From Candidatus Omnitrophota bacterium (GTDB lineage Bacteria > Omnitrophota > Gorgyraeia > Zapsychrales > Zapsychraceae), in the NCBI GenBank assembly GCA_035292445.1, contig DATDQB010000010.1:67563-131562 (forward strand): a stretch of 64,000 nucleotides of DNA, written 5' to 3'. This document shows positions 19,894 to 26,740 of this stretch, piece after piece; the first letter of the stretch is position 1, and every line of letters begins with the position of its first letter. A model generated the notes under the pieces. The model did not search any database. It was not told where the DNA came from and saw only the letters and a list, made by a program, of their open reading frames with translations. Both the position numbers and the translations under genes were made by a program.

Positions 19894-20466
19894 TTATTCA
19901 CTTACATCCTCGGCCGCGGTTTCAGTTTCCTCGGATTTTTCTTCAGGAGTTTCTTCAAGAATTTCATCAGAAGTTCCTTCAAGATTTTCTTCAAGAGCTG
20001 CTTCGGGAGCTTCTACCAAGGCTTCTTCCGCGGGCTGCGCTGGTTCGACCGTCGGCTCAACAACTTGCTCTACAGCCGGCTCAACAGTTGGCTCAACGGC
20101 TGGCTCAACAACTTGCTCATCACTTAGAACGATTGTCCCTTCCACATCGGCCTGTGTTTCGGCAGCAACGGGTTCTTCCACAATGATGGGTTCAACCAAA
20201 GCAGGCTCAGTGACGCTGGCAGCCGGTTCTATAAGCTCAAGGACCGGGGCTGAAGGCTCTTCAACCGGTGCTGCTTCTCCAACATAAGAAATCTCATCCG
20301 TCCTGTAGGTATGGTTGACCCCTCCCACATCAAGGGTGACGAACCCATCAGTCTTGGCCACCAACTTTCCCTCAAGCCGCCGGCCGTTTTTCAATATCAT
20401 TACTTCACCGAAAGCTTGCTGGACGAACAAACCAAGAAAAATAACCATCAATAACCCTTTTCTCAT
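19894..20466 (-). CDS. secreted acidic repeat protein (hypothetical)
   Basis: 190 aa. N-terminal signal/TM, a small beta-rich domain, then VEPxVEP and E/P/V-rich repeats encoded by imperfect ggctcaac tandem DNA repeats. AAGGAG RBS 6 nt upstream. Eight nt upstream of tgt. Confidence 0.6.
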   Translation of the reverse strand: MRKGLLMVIFLGLFVQQAFGEVMILKNGRRLEGKLVAKTDGFVTLDVGGVNHTYRTDEISYVGEAAPVEEPSAPVLELIEPAASVTEPALVEPIIVEEPVAAETQADVEGTIVLSDEQVVEPAVEPTVEPAVEQVVEPTVEPAQPAEEALVEAPEAALEENLEGTSDEILEETPEEKSEETETAAEDVSE

Positions 20467-20539
20467 ATGAACTCCTTTTTATTTTTAATGATTTCACTAA
20501 CATCATTTCCGTATGTGTCCCAAGGACTTCTTAGTATAT

Positions 20540-20581
20540 AAAATTAAAACAAAAAAAGCCAAAGGAATTAATTCCTTTGGC
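20540..20581 (-). terminator. intrinsic terminator downstream of the tRNA
   Basis: Perfect palindrome gccaaaggaattaattcctttggc (20558-20581), followed on the minus strand by a UUUUUUUGUUUU run. Confidence 0.6.
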
Positions 20582-20596
20582 TTTTTCCGTCGTCTA

Positions 20597-20650
20597 ACGG
20601 GCCTGACTAACGGAATTGGATAAAGCTCCTATCTGCTGATATAAATATCG
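20597..20650 (+). other. degenerate inverted partial copy of the adjacent tRNA (acceptor/D/anticodon-arm half)
   Basis: gggcctgactaacggaattggataaAGCTCCTATCTGCTgat aligns with tRNA positions ~1-40. There is a 14-nt exact match agctcctatctgct in opposite orientation to the intact tRNA. A second shorter copy (cctatctgc acggttg) sits at 20701-20726. Confidence 0.6.
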
Positions 20651-20737
20651 CACGCCCCCTTAATTTTGTCAAGCAGAGATTAAAACGAGAGTGCGCTTTA
20701 CCTATCTGCACGGTTGACCTGCGCATTCTCTATATAA

Positions 20738-20810
20738 CGGCCCCAGCGGGAATTGAACCCGCAACCACCTATTTAGCAGATAGGAGCTCCATCCATTGAG
20801 CTATGGGGCC
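20738..20810 (-). tRNA. class-I tRNA with anticodon GCU and tRNA-Arg(UCU)-like identity features (isotype ambiguous: Arg-like body, Ser AGY anticodon)
   Basis: 73-nt cloverleaf folded by hand: 7-bp acceptor GGCCCCA/UGGGGCC, discriminator G73, D-arm GCUC-AAUGGAUG-GAGC with A20, anticodon stem CCUAU/AUAGG, loop CUGCUAA (U33, G34-C35-U36), 5-nt variable loop, T-arm GCGGG-UUCAAUU-CCCGC. No CCA is encoded. There is no long variable arm, so it is not a canonical tRNA-Ser. Confidence 0.8.
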
Positions 20811-20831
20811 GCTATATTAATTCTTATTGCA

Positions 20832-20883
20832 ATCAAAAAACAAAAAAATCCCCCACAAAATCGAGCATGATTTCATGGGGGAT
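20832..20883 (-). terminator. intrinsic terminator upstream of the tRNA / downstream of the GIY-YIG gene
   Basis: Stem auccccca/ugggggau (20848-20855 and 20876-20883), followed on the minus strand by UUUUUUUGUUUUUUG. Confidence 0.55.
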
Positions 20884-20890
20884 ATAAATG

Positions 20891-20916
20891 TAGGGAACGG
20901 TCGCGACCGTTCCCTA
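20891..20916. repeat. 26-nt perfect palindrome tagggaacggtcgcgaccgttcccta
   Basis: Read directly. Half-sites TAGGGAACGG and CCGTTCCCTA are identical to those of the palindrome at the tgt 3' end. Confidence 0.85.
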
Positions 20917-20947
20917 TCGAAAATTAAAACCGTTGGGGGCGGTGATT

Positions 20948-20976
20948 ATATTAAATAAACTTGATTACCCTGTCAA
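20948..20976 (-). promoter_or_regulatory. sigma70-like promoter candidate (TTGACA - 17 nt - TAATAT) on minus strand
   Basis: On the minus strand: TTGACAgggtaatcaagtttattTAATATaatcacc. A consensus -35 with a 17-nt spacer. It points toward the palindrome, terminator and tRNA. Confidence 0.35.
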
Positions 20977-21043
20977 CAGAATTAATTCGGGTTACGTCGT
21001 GTGTCCCTTTCTATTTCCTTCTATTTTTCCCGTTGTTCCTTTT

Positions 21044-21517
21044 TTATTCCGAATTATATTTTGGATTCAACAAATCAATTAATATAGCCTCAATGATTCT
21101 TGCTTTCCTTACCGTTTCTATTTCAACAGTCTTTACATAACACTCATTCAAGAAATAATCACGTAATTTATCAATATTTGCAGAAAACTTGTCCTCTTTT
21201 AGTAATTTTTTTGAAAAAGTGTGATGAATGTTTTCTAAATCTGTTGTATTGCAAACTAAATCACCTAAACGATAATTTAAGGTATGTCCGCCTTTACCGG
21301 CATGTCCAACATACAAAAGCTTTCCTCCTTTTTCATAAATCGCATAAATCCCAGGTGAACGAAGAATATCTGTCCTTGCCCTCCAATTGGACTTAATAAT
21401 TTCTTTAAAGCTTTGGTAAGGTGCGTTTTCAAAATCCTGAACTTTATCTTTAATAAATTTTTGAATGTTCTCTGAATTATTCATTGCGTTCTGTTCTGGG
21501 ATCTGTTCCAGGGACAT
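21044..21517 (-). CDS. standalone GIY-YIG (UvrC N-terminal-like / URI domain) nuclease with ~45-aa N-terminal extension
   Basis: 157 aa. GIYAIY...(10)...YVGHA...LNYRL...E..EAILIDLLNPKYN matches the GIY-YIG/UvrC-N pattern. The gene is markedly AT-rich (about one-third GC by eye) against a mid-GC background. It starts 5 nt after the queA stop. Confidence 0.75.
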   Translation of the reverse strand: MSLEQIPEQNAMNNSENIQKFIKDKVQDFENAPYQSFKEIIKSNWRARTDILRSPGIYAIYEKGGKLLYVGHAGKGGHTLNYRLGDLVCNTTDLENIHHTFSKKLLKEDKFSANIDKLRDYFLNECYVKTVEIETVRKARIIEAILIDLLNPKYNSE

Positions 21518-21521
21518 GTGC

Positions 21522-22574
21522 CTAAATAATCAACATCCCATCCCCATAACTGTAAAACCGGTACTTCTTTTCGATCGCCTCCCTGTATACTTTCATAATC
21601 AGATCATGGCCCGCGAAGGCGCTTACGAGCATAAGCAGCGTACTGTAGGGAAAATGGAAATTCGTGATCAGGCAATCGACCATTTTAAAGGAATAGCCGG
21701 GATAAATGAATAAATTTGTATTACCCTGAAGGGGACACGTCAAATGCTTCGCATTTGAGTGCTGCTCGCTTCGCTCGCTGCAGTCCCCGGCAACCGTTTC
21801 CAATACCCGGCAGGCAGTCGTACCGACCGCAATCACAGGATGTCCTTGTGTTTTCGCCTGCTGAATCGATTCATACGATTTCTTTGACACCTCATATTCT
21901 TCATGATGCATGCGATGGCGCGTGATGTCTTCTTCCTCAACGGGTTTGAAGGTCCCATAATTGACATGCAAGGTGACATTCAACACCGTATGCCCCTGCC
22001 GCTTAAGCTGCGCAAGGAGCCCCTTGGTAAAATGCAACCCGGCCGTGGGGGAAGCGACCGAACCATCTTTTTTCGCGTAAACGGTCTGGTAATCCGTGCG
22101 ATCCGACGCCTGATCAGGTCTTCGGATATACGGCGGAAGCGGCATGTGGCCGAATTTCCTCAAAAAAGGTTTGATGATTTTCTTATTGAAGCGCACCAGG
22201 CGATTTTCTTTGTCTTTGATCTGGGCGATGAGACTTCCTCCATTAAAATAGATCGGTTCATTGACCTGCAATTTTTTCAAAGGCTTGATCAGCGTTTCAT
22301 AGGTATAGCCGTCAGCCAATCTCTTCAGTAAAAAGATCTCCACCTGCCCGCCTGTTTCGCGTTTTCCGAATAATCGCGCGGGGATGACCTTGCTGTCATT
22401 GACGACCAGGCAGCTTGCGGGCGGTAAATAGCGGCCGATGTTGGCGAACACATCATGCGTTATTTGTCGCGTTGCCCGGTCGATCACCAAAAGTTTGGCA
22501 TCTTCCCTTTTCTTCAAAGGAAATTGCGCGATCAGATCCGGCGGCAACGCGTATCCGAAATCTTCACGTTTCAT
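21522..22574 (-). CDS. queA: S-adenosylmethionine:tRNA ribosyltransferase-isomerase
   Basis: 350 aa. MKREDFGYALPPDLIAQFP start and conserved QueA core. Confidence 0.95.
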   Translation of the reverse strand: MKREDFGYALPPDLIAQFPLKKREDAKLLVIDRATRQITHDVFANIGRYLPPASCLVVNDSKVIPARLFGKRETGGQVEIFLLKRLADGYTYETLIKPLKKLQVNEPIYFNGGSLIAQIKDKENRLVRFNKKIIKPFLRKFGHMPLPPYIRRPDQASDRTDYQTVYAKKDGSVASPTAGLHFTKGLLAQLKRQGHTVLNVTLHVNYGTFKPVEEEDITRHRMHHEEYEVSKKSYESIQQAKTQGHPVIAVGTTACRVLETVAGDCSERSEQHSNAKHLTCPLQGNTNLFIYPGYSFKMVDCLITNFHFPYSTLLMLVSAFAGHDLIMKVYREAIEKKYRFYSYGDGMLII

Positions 22575-23728
22575 GGCTTAACGACCTCGGCCCCGGGATA
22601 GTAAAACCCGAGTATCTCTTTAAAATCAAATCTTTTTCTGGCCATCTTGTTGGCCCCCCACTGGCTCATGCCTACGCCATGGCCCCAGCCCTTTCCTAAA
22701 ACGTCAAAAAAATACCCCTGCATTTCGATGTCATAAAACGTGCTTTTTAATTCATTCGGGCCAATAATGTCGCGGAACTTCCGGCCAGCCACCTTGACGC
22801 TTTGGCCATCGCGGGTTATGAATTCAAGCGTTTTCACGCGCCCACTTCCTGTGCGCTCGATGATTTGTATTTCCTTAATGGCCCCGAGTTTAAAGCCGTT
22901 TTTATTCAAAGTCTCTTGAACGTCTTTGGCACGGAAATTCTTCTTCCAATGAGCATTAGGCGCTCCCAGTGAATAAAGATCGGGTTTCCCTTTTAATGGC
23001 GGCAGATCATGCTCCCACAGCTCATCCACATCCTCCGTGTGCCCACCGGAGTTGGAATGGTAATACGCCGGCAGCACATTCCCTTTGTACGTCAAGATCA
23101 TCCCCTCGGTCCGGCTGGTCGCCGTATTGGTGCGGTAACGCTCGGCCGTTTTGCCGCCGTACACTTGGGAATAAATGTCGTTGGTAACATCGAATTCTTG
23201 GTTCTTATTTTGTTTGATCTGAAACACCGCGTAAGTGCGTGCGGCGACCGCCTGGGCCATCATCGCCTGCATGGGCCAGCGGTCGGTGATCTCGTGGTAG
23301 AGCACCCCGCGCACGTACTGCTCCAGCTCCAGCGTGTTGATAACCAGAAGTTTCTTTCCATCCTTGGCGATCAAGTCGATAAACCCGCGGTAGCGCTGGG
23401 TGTGATCGCCCACTAAGACGCTGATCGTTTTATTGGAGGCGATGCGAAGTTTGCGGGCCGGGTATATCTTTTTACCGACCTGGATGCCGGTATCCTGGAC
23501 GCGCACCCGAGAATTCCTTAAGACCCGCCCTTCATCCAATATCTCATTGGTTACCAGATTGATGATCTGATACCGCCCGCGGCTGGCCACCACCGTATCC
23601 AAAGCCCCTTTTAAAACGGCGATGCGGATCTGTTTCTCGGCGGAACGGGAATCTTGGATAAAAATGATGCCGGTCAATGATGCCACCGCGACCAGCATCA
23701 ACAGCGTTCTTTTTAGCGTTGGTTCCAT
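22571..23728 (-). CDS. SpoIID/LytB domain protein (amidase enhancer family)
   Basis: 385 aa with signal peptide. SpoIID-type motifs (YYHSNSGGHTEDV, GHGVGMSQWGA). Confidence 0.8.
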   Translation of the reverse strand: MEPTLKRTLLMLVAVASLTGIIFIQDSRSAEKQIRIAVLKGALDTVVASRGRYQIINLVTNEILDEGRVLRNSRVRVQDTGIQVGKKIYPARKLRIASNKTISVLVGDHTQRYRGFIDLIAKDGKKLLVINTLELEQYVRGVLYHEITDRWPMQAMMAQAVAARTYAVFQIKQNKNQEFDVTNDIYSQVYGGKTAERYRTNTATSRTEGMILTYKGNVLPAYYHSNSGGHTEDVDELWEHDLPPLKGKPDLYSLGAPNAHWKKNFRAKDVQETLNKNGFKLGAIKEIQIIERTGSGRVKTLEFITRDGQSVKVAGRKFRDIIGPNELKSTFYDIEMQGYFFDVLGKGWGHGVGMSQWGANKMARKRFDFKEILGFYYPGAEVVKP

Positions 23729-23928
23729 AGGAAAAATAAGAAGCTGACGATAAGGCTAAGCAAGATACACGTCGTTAAAGGAAAATAAAATGTGAGATCT
23801 TCTTTCTTGATCAAAATATCGCCGGGCAGCTTACCCACGCCGGGGATCTTGCCGAAAGCGTATAATAAAATGCCGGTGAGGATAAAAACAATACCAAGGG
23901 TAATGAATAATTTGGCTAAAGGGACCAT
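23713..23928 (-). CDS. DUF2905 family small membrane protein
   Basis: 71 aa, two TM helices, KLPGDI motif. Typical location downstream of ruvB. Confidence 0.6.
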   Translation of the reverse strand: MVPLAKLFITLGIVFILTGILLYAFGKIPGVGKLPGDILIKKEDLTFYFPLTTCILLSLIVSFLFFLWNQR

Positions 23929-23934
23929 CGTGAA

Positions 23935-24969
23935 TTAAAAAAGATTGGGTTGCGAGTTCTTCTTGGAAAGGGACTGGCCTTTGATATGTTTGAGGGAATT
24001 TTCCGTAAGCGCGCGCCCGCGCGGCGTGCGGTTCAAGAATCCGATCTTCAAAAGGTACGGTTCGATCACATCCACGATCGTGTCGACTTCCTCGTTAAGG
24101 GTCGCCGCGAGCGTTTCCACACCGACCGGCCCGCCCTTATAATGTTCATCCATGACCCGCATCAGCTTGCGGTCGATCTCATCCAGACCAACCTCATCGA
24201 TCCCTAAGGTGCGTAACGCTTCCACCGCAATTGTTTGGGTAATTTGGCTATTATTGGCCTTGACCTGGGTGTAATCGCGCACCCGGCGAAGCAAACGGTT
24301 AGCGACCCGCGGTGTGCCCCGCGCGCGCCGGGCGATCTCAAAAGCGCCCTGCTCATCGATCTGCACGTTAAGCTTCTTAGCCGAATTAATGATGATCTGC
24401 TTTAATTCTTCGGGCTGATAAAAATCCAGATGATGAAATATCCCGAACCGGTCCCTTAAAGGGGATGCCAACAAACCGCTTCGGGTCGTGGCGCCGATCA
24501 GGGTGAACGGCTTTAAATTGAAATTGATTGTTTTGGCATAGGGGCCCTTATCGATGACAAAATCGATCTTGAAACTCTCCATGGCCGGGTACATGAATTC
24601 CTCGACCACTTTGGAAAGCCGATGGATCTCATCGATAAATAACACATCACCCGCTTCCAAATTCGTTAAGATGCCGATCAGATCCCCTGCCCGCTCAATG
24701 GCGGGGCCTGAGGTGACGGTGATGCGCGCGCCCATTTGATGGGCCACGATATAAGCCAGCGTTGTTTTTCCCAATCCCGGCGGGCCCGAAAGAAGCATGT
24801 GCTCCAGCGGCTCTTTCCTTCTCCTGGCCGCCTCCATCGACACGCGCAAATTATTGATCAGCTCGCGCTGGCCGATGAAATCCTCGAGCTGCTGCGGCCT
24901 TAAGGATAGGCTGATCAGCTGATCTTCTTCGGTTTCCTGGTTAAAGACTATTCTTTTTTTCTCATCCAT
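23935..24969 (-). CDS. ruvB: Holliday junction branch migration helicase RuvB
   Basis: 344 aa. AAA+ Walker A (GPPGLGKTT), sensor motifs and a C-terminal winged helix. Confidence 0.95.
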   Translation of the reverse strand: MDEKKRIVFNQETEEDQLISLSLRPQQLEDFIGQRELINNLRVSMEAARRRKEPLEHMLLSGPPGLGKTTLAYIVAHQMGARITVTSGPAIERAGDLIGILTNLEAGDVLFIDEIHRLSKVVEEFMYPAMESFKIDFVIDKGPYAKTINFNLKPFTLIGATTRSGLLASPLRDRFGIFHHLDFYQPEELKQIIINSAKKLNVQIDEQGAFEIARRARGTPRVANRLLRRVRDYTQVKANNSQITQTIAVEALRTLGIDEVGLDEIDRKLMRVMDEHYKGGPVGVETLAATLNEEVDTIVDVIEPYLLKIGFLNRTPRGRALTENSLKHIKGQSLSKKNSQPNLF

Positions 24970-24986
24970 GGGGATTCTTTCCTGCC

Positions 24987-25763
24987 TTAGGATGCCTCGG
25001 GCGGCTGATCCTCGGGATCTGAACTGTCTTTGGGCAAGATATTCTCTCTGTTCCTTAAGATCTCAATGGGGCCGAACACTTCCTGCTGGATCACTTTGAT
25101 CTCCTGTAACCGGATGAGCTCCAAGATAGCGAGGAAGGTAACGACGACCTCGGTGCGGCTGCGGCATTTCTTAAACAGATCGTTGAGCGCCAGCGAAGAC
25201 GCTTCCAAAAGAGCGTGCAAAAGATCGTGAACCTTGTCATCAACCGTGTACTTATCATCAATGATCTCATGAATAATTTCCTCCGGAAGCTTCTTGAGCG
25301 CCTCGGAAAAGGCGTTGATCAAATCAAAAAGGTTGACTTCCAAAAGAACCTCTTTGGCGTCTTCTTTGAGCTGTTCGCGCGCCACTTCATCAACGAAGCG
25401 AGAGAAGAAATCACGGCGCAGCTTTTCTTTGTCCTGAAGGGTGTCGGCGATCTCTTTGAATTTCTTGTATTCCAACAAACGACGGGCCAGTTCATCGCGG
25501 GGGTCTTCTTCCTCTTCCTCCTGCAGGGTCGGGTCCGGGGGAAGGAGCATTTTCGACTTGATATGCATCAACGTCGCGGCCATGACCAGAAAGTCGCCGA
25601 CGATATCGAGATCGAGGATCTTCATCAACTCGATATATTCCATGTACTGTTCGGTGACCAAAGCTATAGGGATATCTTTGATGTCGATATCATTCTTCTT
25701 AATAAGATACAAAAGAAGATCCAACGGCCCTTCGAAAAGATCTAATCTGAGTTTATATTTCAT
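24987..25763 (-). CDS. scpA: segregation and condensation protein A
   Basis: 258 aa. LDLFEGPLDLLLYLI N-terminus typical of ScpA (kleisin). Confidence 0.85.
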   Translation of the reverse strand: MKYKLRLDLFEGPLDLLLYLIKKNDIDIKDIPIALVTEQYMEYIELMKILDLDIVGDFLVMAATLMHIKSKMLLPPDPTLQEEEEEDPRDELARRLLEYKKFKEIADTLQDKEKLRRDFFSRFVDEVAREQLKEDAKEVLLEVNLFDLINAFSEALKKLPEEIIHEIIDDKYTVDDKVHDLLHALLEASSLALNDLFKKCRSRTEVVVTFLAILELIRLQEIKVIQQEVFGPIEILRNRENILPKDSSDPEDQPPEAS

Positions 25764-26740
25764 CCGAAAACAACCTTTCGCACCTCTTGCATGGTCTTTG
25801 AAGCGATTGCTGAAGCCTTGTTCCGGCCTTCATGAAGAATGTCTTTCACCTTTGCTTTGTTCCTGACAAGCTCCACCCTTTTCTCGCGTATACTTTTAAG
25901 CGTCTCAAGCAACCCTTCCGCCATGATCATCTTGCAATCCGTGCACCCCTTTTGCGCCTTCGTGCACCAGTTATACACCTCTTTGGCCTTGCCGGGGACA
26001 AAGACATTATAATAGCTGTAGACATTGCATTTGTCGGGATGGCCCGGATCCGAGAGTTTGATGCGCTTGGGGTCCGTGAACATGCCCTTCACCTTTTTCT
26101 TGAGCTCTTCTTCGGAATCGGATAAATTGATGGCGTTTTGGTAGCTCTTGCTCATTTTACGGCCATCCACTCCCAACAGCCTCGGGGTTTCGGTCAAGAT
26201 AGGCTTACAGTCATGAAAAAGATCGGTTTTATAAATATGGTTAAAACGCCGGGCGATCTCGCGGGTCAATTCCAAATGGGGCAGCTGATCCTCTCCGATA
26301 GGGACCGCATCCGCCTTATAAAGTAGTATATCAGCCGCCTGCAGGACTGGGTAGCCCAAAAATGCATATGTTTGGAGGTCTCTTGTTTTTATTTCCCGCA
26401 ATTGCTCCTTATAGGTAGGATTTCGCTCAAGCCAGCCTAAGGGGGTGATGCAGCTAAGCATCATGGCCAGCTCTAGATGCTCGGGAACATGGGATTGGAT
26501 AAATAGGATGGACTGTTCGGGGTCAATGCCGCAGGCCATCCAATCAATGGCCATCTCAACGATGCTCTCGCTGATGTCGCGGCTTTGCCCGTATTCGCCC
26601 ATGAGGGCGTGCCAATCGACGATACCAAAAATGCACGAGTGAGTTTTCTGAAAATTGACCCAATTCTCCAAAGCACCGACAAGATGCCCCAGGTGCAATT
26701 TTCCTGTCGGGCGCATCGCGCTGAAAACCGTCTTTCTCAT
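25760..26740 (-). CDS. trpS: tryptophan--tRNA ligase
   Basis: 326 aa. Class-I HIGH (TGKLHLGH) and KMSKS motifs. Confidence 0.95.
   Translation of the reverse strand: MRKTVFSAMRPTGKLHLGHLVGALENWVNFQKTHSCIFGIVDWHALMGEYGQSRDISESIVEMAIDWMACGIDPEQSILFIQSHVPEHLELAMMLSCITPLGWLERNPTYKEQLREIKTRDLQTYAFLGYPVLQAADILLYKADAVPIGEDQLPHLELTREIARRFNHIYKTDLFHDCKPILTETPRLLGVDGRKMSKSYQNAINLSDSEEELKKKVKGMFTDPKRIKLSDPGHPDKCNVYSYYNVFVPGKAKEVYNWCTKAQKGCTDCKMIMAEGLLETLKSIREKRVELVRNKAKVKDILHEGRNKASAIASKTMQEVRKVVFG

Noticed and set aside
20738-20810. Calling the tRNA simply tRNA-Ser(GCU)
   Set aside because: There is no long variable arm (only a 5-nt variable loop), and the D-arm and anticodon loop are Arg-type. It is therefore reported as an isotype-ambiguous tRNA rather than as Ser.
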